The notes under the pieces were generated by a model. It was not told the origin of the DNA, made no database searches, and saw only the letters and a list, made by a program, of their open reading frames with translations. Below are positions 29,336-40,173 of a DNA stretch of 64,000 nucleotides, in pieces; the stretch's first letter is position 1; each line of letters starts with the position of its first letter. The DNA is from an uncultured Fibrobacterota bacterium (GTDB lineage: Bacteria; Fibrobacterota; Chitinivibrionia; Chitinivibrionales; FEN-1185). Location: contig CAVWBU010000047.1 of assembly GCA_963753345.1 (NCBI GenBank), positions 32,001 through 96,000 on the forward strand, read 5' to 3'. A program made the translations under genes and the position numbers.

Positions 29336-31582
29336 TTACTTTTCGGTATAACCTACCCGGAAACCACATGCACCATAGTCCCATGGGTATTCGATTGGTG
29401 AAGACCTTCGAGTTGCACAAGCGGCAAGACCCATTTGAACATTGGCTCCTCTACAAACTAATGAAACATTTGAATTATGTGGTGGCGGGCCCAATGGATC
29501 CACAGGTTGATAATAATCATATGTTGAATCATAGTAGTCATTAACAAATTCCATTGCATTGCCGAGCATGTCATATAATCCGAAACCGTTCGGTTTTTTA
29601 GAGGCAACAGGGCTTAGATTTCCAAGCGGGAAATACCATTCATATTGACTCGCACCAGAAGTGTCGTTCCCCCAATAGTATGTAGTCGTCGTTCCCGCTC
29701 TGCAGGCGAATTCCCATTGGGCTTCAGTAGGTAAATGATATCCATTTGCTTTTAAGGAATCATACAGTATGGTTCCCAAAGCGCATCCATTGCCGGGTAT
29801 TCCTGTAATTGAGGAATAACGGTAGATAGTATCAAGTCCGTCCCTTTTACTTCTTGCATTGCAATACAGAATCGCGTCACACCAGGTAATCTTAAATTCA
29901 GGATAATTATCACCATCCGTCGGCAACAGATTTGGCGCTGTTGCAGAAAAATTCGGATATGTCGCCGTCATAAGAGAAACATAATCTTTCTGCGTTACTT
30001 CCGTCGAATCCATCCAGAAATTATGGGAAAACGCAACAGAGTGAACGGGCTCCGCCACGCCGACCTCGCCCATACTAAAAGATTGTGCTTGGGACAGGAT
30101 TTTTTTCATTCCCCTCGGTAATGCCGTTGTTTTTCTCACGACAGGGCTAAAATCCGACACCGCCCCCTTGTTTGTCGTTGAGGTCACGGCAATCGAGTAC
30201 TCCTGCCCAACCTTAAGATTTTTTATCAGACACGGAGAGACTGCATTAGCAATCTTTGCCGCGCCGGCCTCGGTCACGGTATCTCCCTCCGCAAAATAGA
30301 CCGTATCCGAAACCGACTCACTCCCTTTTGTCCACGTTACCTTTATCCACGTCACTCCGGAATCCGCAGCTACGCTTGTCGGCGCAGCCGGCCTTGTCAC
30401 CACAATCGCCTTCTTCAGCGAATCAACCGTTACGCCGGTTGCCAGCAGCCTCACCGTGTATGTTCCGGGCGCCGAAAACGTGTGTATGGGGTTCTTGTCC
30501 GTTGACGTAATTCCATCTCCGAAATCCCACGAAAAACTCGTGGCGTTAGCCGAGTTATTGGTGAACGTCACGGCGAGCGGGTATTCTCCCGTAAGCGCGC
30601 TCGGGGTGAAATCAGCCTTTGTGGGGCTGGAGGATACGGTCATGATTATGGTCGCCGAATCCGACAGCGGCGGCGCGCCGTTGTCGGTCACGGAGAAAAC
30701 CACTGTATCCAAACCGACGAATCCGGTCGGCGGAGTCCATTGGTATGTCGTGTCGGCCAGGGATCCGCCTGCCGGGCCGCTTACCACTTTGTAAGTTAAG
30801 ATCTGGCCCGGGTCTGGGTCTGTAGCCGAAAGGATCAGTTGGCACGTTTGGCCGGCTGTGATGGTCATGGTTCCTTTAACCACAAGTGAGGGTTTGTGGT
30901 TAACGGGAGAGTTCTGTATTACGGTGAGAAGGGCGGGCGCGCTTGTGACGGAATCACCCCACTGGTCTTTTATCACGCACGCGTACCGCCCCGCGCTTGA
31001 AATTAAAACCGGGTTGATGATCAGCGTATCATGGGTGGCGTTAGGAACAGCAGTACCATCCTTGTACCATTGGTAGAAAAACGATTGCCCGGCGCCCGAG
31101 GCTTTTACGAATAAGAGGGCGGAGGAATCCTCATCGGCCGATGTGCTGACAGGGTCAACGATCTGTACAGGCTTTCCGGCAACAATAATGCTTGCGGTAT
31201 AGTATTTATCCTTTTCATCTTTCACCGAGACAATTACGGTAACGGTTCTCGTGCCGATTGAATGGAACGCGATCTTTATCCATTGGGTGTCAGTCCATGA
31301 AATGGGGCCCAGAAAGGTGAGCGACGTGTCCGTGTCCGAAGCGCCTTTGGCGATAGCGACTGAAATTTTGGTGATGTAGGAGGGAAGATAGGCCGCAATG
31401 CCCACGCGCACTATTTTCTCAACAGTATCAGTGACCGAAGCAGTGTCTTGCACGCCGCTTGAGTTCTGGACAAAGAGGCTGATTCTTGCGTCCTTCGGCT
31501 TGAACGGGCTTTCACTGCCGCCACAAGAAAGAAGAAGCGGGAGTGAAACGGCAATAATGAAGTAGTAAAGTCTTGAATGCAT
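29336..31582 (-). CDS. Lipoprotein with Ig, PKD and FN3-like domains and a C-terminal FGE-sulfatase (C-type lectin fold) domain
   Basis: Lipobox LLSC; YQWYKDG, WDFGDG (PKD), FWMDSTEVTQ, LPTEAQWEFACRAG, PNGFGLYDMLGN, GFRV. Confidence 0.88.
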   Translation of the reverse strand: MHSRLYYFIIAVSLPLLLSCGGSESPFKPKDARISLFVQNSSGVQDTASVTDTVEKIVRVGIAAYLPSYITKISVAIAKGASDTDTSLTFLGPISWTDTQWIKIAFHSIGTRTVTVIVSVKDEKDKYYTASIIVAGKPVQIVDPVSTSADEDSSALLFVKASGAGQSFFYQWYKDGTAVPNATHDTLIINPVLISSAGRYACVIKDQWGDSVTSAPALLTVIQNSPVNHKPSLVVKGTMTITAGQTCQLILSATDPDPGQILTYKVVSGPAGGSLADTTYQWTPPTGFVGLDTVVFSVTDNGAPPLSDSATIIMTVSSSPTKADFTPSALTGEYPLAVTFTNNSANATSFSWDFGDGITSTDKNPIHTFSAPGTYTVRLLATGVTVDSLKKAIVVTRPAAPTSVAADSGVTWIKVTWTKGSESVSDTVYFAEGDTVTEAGAAKIANAVSPCLIKNLKVGQEYSIAVTSTTNKGAVSDFSPVVRKTTALPRGMKKILSQAQSFSMGEVGVAEPVHSVAFSHNFWMDSTEVTQKDYVSLMTATYPNFSATAPNLLPTDGDNYPEFKITWCDAILYCNARSKRDGLDTIYRYSSITGIPGNGCALGTILYDSLKANGYHLPTEAQWEFACRAGTTTTYYWGNDTSGASQYEWYFPLGNLSPVASKKPNGFGLYDMLGNAMEFVNDYYDSTYDYYQPVDPLGPPPHNSNVSLVCRGANVQMGLAACATRRSSPIEYPWDYGACGFRVGYTEK

Positions 31583-31914
31583 GGGATATCTTCTCCGATC
31601 CGGGTTGGGCCGGCTGGGACTCAATGGGGAAAATAATAAAAGGGAACAAGAGAACGCGTTTTGAACTTAACATAAGATACGGAAGAGGGAAACTGTCCGC
31701 CCGCTATTCAACTCAGCCGCCTTGTTTGACAAAATGAGTTCTTTCGCTTTCATGCTGATTGGAAAACATCTGAAAGACGGGCCATTTTGTTTCTTGACAA
31801 AGACATTCAAAACCTATGTGTCTTTAGCGTTTCGAGTAACTATTTTATCTGTAGTTTCCGTTGCAAGGCGTGATCCCGTTTTCCCGTCGTTACCAGCCTT
31901 CCAAAAGGTGGCGC

Positions 31915-34900
31915 ATGGACAAGAAGACCGCTGCGAAACAGGCGCTTTCCAGCCTCATTAACGAATTCTCAAAACTCGACAGGAAGGGCATTCTTAAGGG
32001 TCAATCGGAAGCGACCGCCCGTTCCTGGGTGGAAAAGTTTTTAATGATCTTTGATTGGGACTGCTCCAACCCTCATCAGGTGCGGCAGGAATACCGGATC
32101 CAGGGCCGGGCCGCCAGAAGGCTCAAGTCGGAGGGCACGTCCCACCGCCGCCCCGATTATTGCCTCATTTCAAACAACCAACGACTTTTGTATATCGACG
32201 CAAAAAAATTTGACGCCGATATAAAGAACGACTCCGGCATTTCTTACCAGGTGCGATGCTACGGCTGGTCTGAAGGGTTCAAGGTAAGCTATGCTTTCGA
32301 TTTTGAAGAACTTGCCGTGTACGATTGCCGCATCCGTCCGAAAGATTCAGACGAAGCGGACATGGCCCGCGTGCTTTACTTGCACCAATCTGAATATCTT
32401 GATAATTTCGACGCGGTGTGGGAGTATTTCTCAAGAAAAGCCATCGATACGGGTTCGCTGTCGCGTTTGCTCCCCGATGATGAGAAGCCCCAAGGCGGCA
32501 AGACCCTTGATCAGGATTTTGAAGAGAACCTTTCGGCATGGAGAAAGGAACTCGCTAAATCCATTCTTCGCTACGGAAAAATCCGCGAGGCCGATATTAT
32601 TTCCGCGGCCAGCCAGAGGATTCTGGACAGGATCGTTTTCCTGCGCATTTGCGAGGAATTCGGTTTCGAAGAACTCGGCACGTTGCTGGAGATGGGCCAA
32701 AATGAAGACGGCTTCTGGCCCCTTTTCATGGAAGAACACGACAAGCGCTATTGCAAAGTGTACGACGGCATTCTTTTTCCGGCCTCGGGCGAGGACGACC
32801 CGACCGGCGTGGACACGCACCTGCGGTCATGGTGGCTCAAGGGCCGTATTTTCCGGGACATTGTCGAGACGCTCTATTTTCCACATCCTTACCGGTTTGA
32901 CGTCGTGCCCATCGAGTTGCTGGGCGGCGTTTACGAACGATACCTGGGAAAAAGATTGCGGGTCATCGGCAACGATGTCCAGGACGAGTACAAACTTGAG
33001 TATCAACGGACCAAGGGGGCGGTTTACACACCGCCCTGGATCGTAAAACGCATTGTTGAAAAGACACTTAGCCCGCTTGTAAAGGACAAAGATCCCGATG
33101 AACTTTTGAAGCTTCGCGTTCTTGACCCCGCGTGCGGCAGCGCCGGCTTCCTGCTCGGGGTCTACGATTTTCTCGCCGACCATATCGTGACCTGGTTCGG
33201 CCATCACCTTTCGGACAGGCGGCGAACGGCGTATGTCGCGGAAACGGAGGACGGACCGCGCGTCGCGCCCCGCATCGCGCACGATATCATCAATAATTGT
33301 ATTTGCGGCGTGGACATTGACCCCGAAGCCGTGGAAGTGGCCCGGATGTCCCTTGCTTTGCGGTATCTGGAACAAACATCTTCGATGAGCGGCGAACCGC
33401 ACCTTCTTCTCAAGGGGATCGGCCTTAATATCCGCCAGGGAAATTCACTGGTGGGGCCGGACATTGTCGGATTGGGGATCGACGCGGAAAAGGTGATTTC
33501 GGAAACCATGCCGTTTGACTGGCACAGCATAACCACGGGTTTCGGCGCCGTCATGGAAAAGGGCGGGTTCGACGCGGTGGTGGGAAATCCACCGTACATA
33601 GAGGTAAAAAGGTATAAAGAATGGATGCCTTCGCAATACAGGTACTTCAAGGAAAGCGGTGTGTTCGAAACCACGGCGGAAGGCAAAACCGACATCGCGA
33701 TGCCGTTCATGGAACAGGGCCTTAAATTGCTCAATAAGAATGGCAGGCTGGGATTCATCATCCAGAACAGGTTTTTCAAGACGGATTACGGCGAAATCGT
33801 GCGCTCGTGGCTCAAGCGCAACAAGGCCATCGCCGAAATCGAGGACTTCCGCGACTTGCAGATTTTTGAAGGCCGCACCACCTACACTACGGTCCTGATT
33901 CTGCAAAAGAACAGCCCGTCGGTCAATTACCGCACCTACGACACGGTAACGGATGCGGCTGCCGATAATCCCAGCGTACAGTGCACCCTCAAATGGGACG
34001 CGATAGACGGCAACGTCTGGTCTTTCGACCAGCCCGACCTTCTCGAAGTCCACCACTACCTGGCGCAGAAACACGGCACAATCGGCCGGCACACCCAGTT
34101 GCAGATTTCCGTGGGGCTGCAAACGCTCTATGGAAAGTTGTATCAGTTCGAACCCGTGGAAGTCAAGCCGCGGACCGTTGTCGGCAGAAACGGCGAAGGC
34201 GAAATAATCACGCTTGAAAAAGCGGCGCTCAGGCCGCTGTGCCGCAACCGCGGGTTCTATCCGTTTCGTCAAGACAATGCCGATGCCTGGGTGATTTTTC
34301 CCTATGATGTCGCCGAAGGCGAGGCGAGCGAAATCGGGTGGAAGGAGTTTAAGGAAAGGTTCCCCAAGGCAGCTTCGTACCTGGAGGAGAGAAAAAGAAA
34401 GTTGCTCAAGGCCGTGGACGCGGAAGAAGGCGTTAACCGGTGGCATTTGTATAGATACCCGAAGAACCTAGCAAGCCAAGCAAGCGCGAAGGTGTTGTTC
34501 CCCTCCACCATCGAAGATACCATCGCGGCAGTTGACGAAAAGGGTGACATTTATCAAGATAATGTACGGATGAACTCAATTTCCTTCCGCAACGCGACAA
34601 TAACTCAATTGAAATCGCTGGCGTGCCTAGTCAATTCAACAACTTTTAGCGCGCTTGCACGGCTCAAGGCAGGACTCAGCGATTCCGGCTGGCGCCAGTT
34701 CAACCGGCAATATGCCGAGCTTGTCCCTTTTCCCATCGCGATCATCAACGACCCGGACACGGTCAGAACGCTTTCCGGTCTTGCCGACAAGATCGGCGAC
34801 TTGCAAGCCAAATCCATTTCCGCTTCAACCGAAGGCGCAAAAACCGGGTTTCGCGCTACAATCGAGTCGTTGTGGCGGCAACTCGACGGCGTTGTCGAAG

Positions 34901-35013
34901 AAGTGTATGGGTTGACTAAATCGCAAAAAGAGGTATTGAGGAAATATCCAAGGAAGGTCAACCGGTTCGACCTTCTCACCAGACAGACGGTTGTGGAGGA
35001 AGACGGGGAATAA
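31915..35013 (+). CDS. Type IIG restriction-modification enzyme (Eco57I-like fused nuclease, N6-adenine MTase and TRD)
   Basis: N-terminal RPDY..IDAKK (PD-D/ExK), GAVYTP, VLDPACGSAGFL, GVDID, VVGNPPY. Confidence 0.88.
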   Translation: MDKKTAAKQALSSLINEFSKLDRKGILKGQSEATARSWVEKFLMIFDWDCSNPHQVRQEYRIQGRAARRLKSEGTSHRRPDYCLISNNQRLLYIDAKKFDADIKNDSGISYQVRCYGWSEGFKVSYAFDFEELAVYDCRIRPKDSDEADMARVLYLHQSEYLDNFDAVWEYFSRKAIDTGSLSRLLPDDEKPQGGKTLDQDFEENLSAWRKELAKSILRYGKIREADIISAASQRILDRIVFLRICEEFGFEELGTLLEMGQNEDGFWPLFMEEHDKRYCKVYDGILFPASGEDDPTGVDTHLRSWWLKGRIFRDIVETLYFPHPYRFDVVPIELLGGVYERYLGKRLRVIGNDVQDEYKLEYQRTKGAVYTPPWIVKRIVEKTLSPLVKDKDPDELLKLRVLDPACGSAGFLLGVYDFLADHIVTWFGHHLSDRRRTAYVAETEDGPRVAPRIAHDIINNCICGVDIDPEAVEVARMSLALRYLEQTSSMSGEPHLLLKGIGLNIRQGNSLVGPDIVGLGIDAEKVISETMPFDWHSITTGFGAVMEKGGFDAVVGNPPYIEVKRYKEWMPSQYRYFKESGVFETTAEGKTDIAMPFMEQGLKLLNKNGRLGFIIQNRFFKTDYGEIVRSWLKRNKAIAEIEDFRDLQIFEGRTTYTTVLILQKNSPSVNYRTYDTVTDAAADNPSVQCTLKWDAIDGNVWSFDQPDLLEVHHYLAQKHGTIGRHTQLQISVGLQTLYGKLYQFEPVEVKPRTVVGRNGEGEIITLEKAALRPLCRNRGFYPFRQDNADAWVIFPYDVAEGEASEIGWKEFKERFPKAASYLEERKRKLLKAVDAEEGVNRWHLYRYPKNLASQASAKVLFPSTIEDTIAAVDEKGDIYQDNVRMNSISFRNATITQLKSLACLVNSTTFSALARLKAGLSDSGWRQFNRQYAELVPFPIAIINDPDTVRTLSGLADKIGDLQAKSISASTEGAKTGFRATIESLWRQLDGVVEEVYGLTKSQKEVLRKYPRKVNRFDLLTRQTVVEEDGE

Positions 35014-35123
35014 GGGGATTTATCGAACGATATAACCCGGAAAATTTCTTATATTATGGAAGGGAAGCCAAAACATCACGTCATATCCTCAATAAAAAAC
35101 TGATAATTGATAAAAGGGGGAAT

Positions 35124-36464
35124 ATGAAACCCGTCTCACGCCTTTTAATCTCCGCATTGCTCGTTCTGCCAATATCCCAAATAACAATCGCCGACGAATT
35201 CTCACCCGACTCGATCACCGCCATCATGCGCAAGGTCGCGCAATACCGTTTGTCGCATGGCGTCAACAGCCTCGGCGACTGGTTCGCCAGCGGAACAAAC
35301 TGGGACGCGGGCGCGTACATGACCGGCATCTGCGGCCTGTACCGCCGCACGAACGACAAACAATACCTCGACAGCATCGTCAAGTTCGGCACGGGCGTGA
35401 ACTGGACCCCGGCAAGCAGCAATCCCGATAACGAATGTTGCGCACAGACCTTCTGCGAATCATATATGTTCGCAGCAGACACCACGAAAAAATATATGTA
35501 CCAGCCCTGGCTTGACCGCGTCACAGCGGATTTTATTACCCACTCGCCGTCGGGCCGCTCGTACTGGTACTGGTGCGATGCGCTGTACATGGCGCCGCCC
35601 GGCCTTGCCATGATTGCGTATATTACCGGACAAACGCGCATCCTCGACTCGCTTTACAAATGCTGGTGGGACGATGCGCAGGTGATCTACAGTGACACGT
35701 TCCACCTGTACTGGCGGGATCCGGGATACAAGCCGCCCAAGCTTGCGGCGAACGGCAAACCCATATTCTGGGCGCCGGGCGAGGCCTGGGTTCTGGGCGG
35801 CCAGGCGCGCATCCTCAAGTATACCCCTGTCAATTTCCACGGACGCGACTCAATGATAACCCAGTTCCGCGACCAGTTGACAGCCGTCGCTGCGCTTCAA
35901 CAGGGAGACGGGTTGTGGACCACGAGCCTTCTCGATTCGGTGCAGTTTCCCATACACGAAACAAGCTCCACCGCGTTTTTTTGCTTTGCCATGGCATGGG
36001 GCATCAACAACGAAATCCTGGATTCGGCAACGTTCACCCCGCCCATGCGCAAAGCCTGGTCGGGCCTTGTGCGGAACATCGGACCCGGCGGCATGCTCAT
36101 GTACTGCCAGACCGTGGGCCAGGAACCGGGCGACAACATGTTCAACAATTATTCCAGCTCGGAAGGCGAGGGCGCGCTGCTGCTTGCAGGGGAGGAACTA
36201 TACAAGCGGGTGACCGGCGCTGTGCGGGTCAACAGCAGGCCTGTCCAATCACCACAAAACGCACTACGACCCGAATATGCCGTTCTTGCAAATGTAAACG
36301 GCCGCATTGTTGTGCCGCAAGGCATGAACAAATTCGAAGTGTATTCAATCGACGGAAGAAAAGTCTGGTCCGGGGAGAGTTTCTCTGTTCGGGATGAAAA
36401 ATCGCTTGAGATGCCGAGGTCTGTTCGTGGCAACGGTATCTATGTGATAAAGTTCAGCAGATAG
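35124..36464 (+). CDS. Secreted glycoside hydrolase GH105/GH88 family with C-terminal sorting-like domain
   Basis: WYWCDALYMAPP, LQQGDGLW, ETSSTAFFCFA..GIN; tail VYSIDGRKV..GIYVIK. Confidence 0.85.
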   Translation: MKPVSRLLISALLVLPISQITIADEFSPDSITAIMRKVAQYRLSHGVNSLGDWFASGTNWDAGAYMTGICGLYRRTNDKQYLDSIVKFGTGVNWTPASSNPDNECCAQTFCESYMFAADTTKKYMYQPWLDRVTADFITHSPSGRSYWYWCDALYMAPPGLAMIAYITGQTRILDSLYKCWWDDAQVIYSDTFHLYWRDPGYKPPKLAANGKPIFWAPGEAWVLGGQARILKYTPVNFHGRDSMITQFRDQLTAVAALQQGDGLWTTSLLDSVQFPIHETSSTAFFCFAMAWGINNEILDSATFTPPMRKAWSGLVRNIGPGGMLMYCQTVGQEPGDNMFNNYSSSEGEGALLLAGEELYKRVTGAVRVNSRPVQSPQNALRPEYAVLANVNGRIVVPQGMNKFEVYSIDGRKVWSGESFSVRDEKSLEMPRSVRGNGIYVIKFSR

Positions 36465-36496
36465 ACACCGCAGCCGCCGGAGAGAATTCCGTCCTG

Positions 36497-37015
36497 TCAC
36501 AGAAGAAGATTCTTGATCTTCTTGATTATGTCTGCGGCCACGGGACTCGGGTCGGCCTTCCGCGACGCACTCGCTATCGCGTCCACGCCGGCGGGGTTCC
36601 TTTTCGGCAGCCACTTCCCGCTGGCCGAAGTCGTAAGGACAATAACATTTGCCGCGTTCTTTTTCCCCTTTAGAAATTTCTGGATATTCCGGTCCCAGTC
36701 CCAGGCCATGCAGGTATTGATCAGCACGATCGCCCGGTATGCCGACGCGTCCTCGAACTTCAGTCTGGACAGCCCGATGCATTTGATGTAGACGGAATCG
36801 CCTTTGAGCCCCTCTTTTATTTTTTCCACGAGCGCGCGCTTGTAGTCGCCGGCGCGGGACGCGACAAGAATTTTCTTTGCCAGCGCCGGCTGGTATACGG
36901 ACGAGGAATCCATGTCCTTCTGCGGCCAGAAGAGCTGGGGAAACGAAAACGAATGGGCCGAGAGGGCGATGACGAAAACGATTCCTGCGGTGAGTATTGC
37001 CAAGCGTTTTGCCAT
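36497..37015 (-). CDS. Secreted hypothetical protein (flavodoxin-like alpha/beta pattern)
   Basis: Signal peptide; KILVAS..YK, YRAIVLINTCMAW, VLTTS..VDAIASAS. Confidence 0.6.
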   Translation of the reverse strand: MAKRLAILTAGIVFVIALSAHSFSFPQLFWPQKDMDSSSVYQPALAKKILVASRAGDYKRALVEKIKEGLKGDSVYIKCIGLSRLKFEDASAYRAIVLINTCMAWDWDRNIQKFLKGKKNAANVIVLTTSASGKWLPKRNPAGVDAIASASRKADPSPVAADIIKKIKNLLL

Positions 37016-37219
37016 TGCAAACTCCTTGAGAAGGGGACTTTCAATCAGAAAATTACGTTACGGCTGGAATTTGAAAATTACAATCCGCAATGCTGGCACC
37101 GGTGCTCAATGTGGCGGCGGGGGCCGCCCAAGGCGAGTTGTTGAAAAGTTGAATGGTTGAAAAGCCTGACAAGATGCCCGGTGATTTCTTACCCACGACG
37201 AGTAGCGCAAGAATACGGG

Positions 37220-37482
37220 GTTGACTGAAGGGAACTCCGTTGCCGCGCGTTAGGCAGGACTGTAGGCCGCGCTGGAGCGCGGTGCTGCCTGGACTCTTAA
37301 TTGTAGATTTTAGATTGATGATTGTAGATTGAAAAAATATTCCGGTTAGTCTTCGCATTTCAAATCTACATTCTACAATCTACATTCTAAAATTAGATGG
37401 CCCGAGGCCGACGACCCTTGGAAGCACCCGAAGGGGTGGACCGGAAGGACGGCCGACCCGAGCGCAGCGAGGGGAACGCCCA
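37220..37482 (-). repeat. Repeat family A, copy A6, interrupted by an inverted heptamer block and a 27-bp module
   Basis: GTTGAC..GCGCGTTAGGCAGGACTG..; CCGGAAGGACGGCCGACCCGAGCGCAGCGAGGGGAACGCCCA is close to the reverse complement of A7. Confidence 0.82.
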
Positions 37483-37686
37483 AGGATTCTTCTTGAATTA
37501 TTGACGAAGGCTCGGGGGAATCGCCCAAATTTTTCATTTATCCCATAACACCTTGCTGCCTCCCCAAAACTTGCCTTTTCGCAAGAAAATCGTTGCTTAT
37601 CCGATCAATTGAGCGTAAATTATGGACTGAGGGGGGGTGAACGGCATGTGTATAATGCCATCCACCTCTAGCGAAGGGATGTCCGG

Positions 37687-39928
37687 ATGAGAAAGGCAGG
37701 GTTAGCGGTTTTTTGTCTTGTCTTTGCGGTTTTCGGTCAGAGCATCAACATTTCCGGCAAGGTCTCAAACTCTTCGGCGCAAGGGATCGCAGGCGCAGCG
37801 GTGAAACTCTTCGGGGTTTCCTTGGCCTGCACCACCACGTCAGACGGTACATACCTCCTGTCCGGTCAGACCGGCATCTCAATGCCGGGTTACTCCTCCA
37901 AGGTTGATGCAATCAGTATCTCGTGCAGAAACAATTCTTTTGTCTTCAATGCTCCGTCATCCTTCCCGGCTGCGGTGAGGTTGTATGACCTGCGCGGCAG
38001 GATGGTCGCTCAGGTGTTCAGCGGCATTCTCAGGCCGGGTTCCACAAAGGTGCCGTTCCCAAAAAACGTTTCGGCCCGCGCCATGTTTATCCTGCGTGTG
38101 TCCGCCGGAACTTCGGACGCGGAATACACGATAGTGCCCGCGGCGGGCGGATCGTATGCGCTGCATGCCGGCGGCTTGACGGAAGGCAGACTGAGCAAGA
38201 CCGCTTCGGTTGACTGGCTGCAGGCCAGCAAGGCCGGCTATGCGTCGAGTATCCAGACCATAGACGCCTACACCGGGGTTGTCAATTTCACCCTGGGTGC
38301 GCTTGCAAACCCGGATTTCGGGTCGAATGTTTATGTTTTCGATCCCTCCATGGCCTCGATCCAGAATGTTATGGACGGCCTCAATAGCTCAACCGGACAA
38401 TTCAGCACCCAACGCACGGCATACCTGTTCAAGCCGGGGAGTTACTCCGTGACCGTAACGTGCAATTACTATATCCAGGCCTATGGCATGGGACTGTCTC
38501 CCGAAGACGTGCAGATAACAGGGGCGGTACAAAATTTAAGCGGAGGCCTCACGGCTTTCTGGCGCGGTGCGGAAGGTTTTTCCGTTACGCCGACAGGCGG
38601 CACCGATACGTGGGGTGTGTCGCAGGCCGACCCTTTCCGGCGCATGCACGTAAAGGGTGCTTTGAATCTTTCGAATGGCGGGTCCAGCGGCGGCTTCATG
38701 GCCGACTGCAAAATCGACGGCGCGATCAACCCCGGATCACAGCAACAATTTTATTTCCGGAACAACACCCTGGGCGGCTGGAGCGGCGGAAACTGGAACA
38801 TGCTCTTTCAGGGATGCGACAATCCTCCAGCGGAGAATTTCCCCGGTGGAGCCATTACCGTGGCAGCCAAGACGCCGCTTGTCCGCGAAAAACCATACCT
38901 TGTTTTTGATGCGTCGGGCAATTACTCGGTGTTTGTTCCTGCATTGCGCACAAATTCGCAGGGAACCACCTGGTATACCCAGACGCCCAGCGGCGAGTCT
39001 TTGCCGATCGACCAGTTTTATGTCGCCTTGTCCGCGATCGACAACGCAGCCACCATTAATGCGGCGCTCGCTCAGGGCAAGAACCTGCTCCTCACGCCGG
39101 GCATTTACTCGGTGGACGCGCCAATTCTTGTCCAGCGTCCCGGCACGGTCGTGCTGGGCCTCGGCATGGCAACACTCAAGCCGAACAACGGCGTGGTCGC
39201 AATGAAGACCAGCGATGCAGGCGGCATTATCATCGCCAACATTCTGTTTGATGCCGGCACCGTCGAATCTCCGGCGCTCCTGCAAGTGGGCGACTCGGGC
39301 AGCGTGCGCGACAACAGCGCCAATCCGCCGTTTCGTATTCGATATTTTCGCCCGCATCGGCGGCGCCGGTGCAGCCCAGGCAAACGTTGCGGTGGTCCTT
39401 AACAGCAACAATACCATCCTTGATCATTGCTGGCTCTGGCGCGCCGACCATGGTGCAGGCGCGGGCTGGACAACGAATCCCGCTAAAACGGCCTTGTCGT
39501 CAACGGCAAGCATGTGATTACCTACGGCCAACAGGTTGAACATTTTCAACAGCACAATACCGTTTGGAACGGCGACTACGGGTCAGACTTATTTCTACCA
39601 GAACGAGCTTCCGTACGACGTTGCCACAGCAATCCGACATTCATGGACTGGAACCAAGGACGGATATTCGGCCTATTACGTGACCAACGGCGTTACCAAT
39701 TTCACTGGCTGGTGCCTGGGCATTTATTCCTTTTTCAACAAGGCGCCGATCATCGAATCCAATGCCATGGAAGTTCCCCGAGTGTCGGGTATCAAGATTC
39801 ACCATGTCGTCACTTACTCTCTGGGCAGCGACCAGGGCCAGATTACGCATGTTGTAAACGATACCGGAGCAACGGCGAAATGGGGCGCAACGCCCATGAT
39901 AAGGTTCGGTGACTATGTAGGACATTGA
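37687..39928 (+). CDS. Secreted GH55-like beta-1,3-glucanase, paralog 1; apparent frameshifts near 39331 and 39490-39590
   Basis: PDFGSNVYVFDPSM, FWRGAE, WGVSQADPFRRMHV, SSGGFMAD, GSQQQ, REKPYL, WLWRADHG, FYQNELPYD, similar to bacterial GH55 enzymes. Confidence 0.78.
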
Positions 39929-39960
39929 TTTAGCGCGAAGACATGTTTTGAAAAGTTGGA

Positions 39961-39986
39961 AGGGTGATCGTGAGGTCACCCTTTTT
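39961..39986 (+). terminator. Intrinsic terminator after GH55 paralog 1
   Basis: AGGGTGAT-CGTGAG-GTCACCCT followed by Ts; identical copy after paralog 2. Confidence 0.8.
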
Positions 39987-40173
39987 ATTTCCTCGGAAAC
40001 CGCTTGGTGGTGAGCTTTGCCGCCCAACGTCAACCCGGCATCAAAATCATATTCCTCTTTTTGAAAAATATCCCCTATTTGAAACAAAATAAGTGGAATA
40101 AACGGTTGAATATCCTTATATTATCAGCGGAGGGGCAATTTCAAACACTGCGTGAGGGGGGCAATAAGGAGGA

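Noticed and set aside
29336-29480. Complete diversity-generating retroelement
   Set aside because: No reverse transcriptase or template repeat was found in the window; kept only as a hypothesis.
37560-37686. Possible riboswitch in the GH55 leaders (also 40090-40173 and 25440-25610)
   Set aside because: Only weak hairpins; no aptamer consensus that I can recognise.
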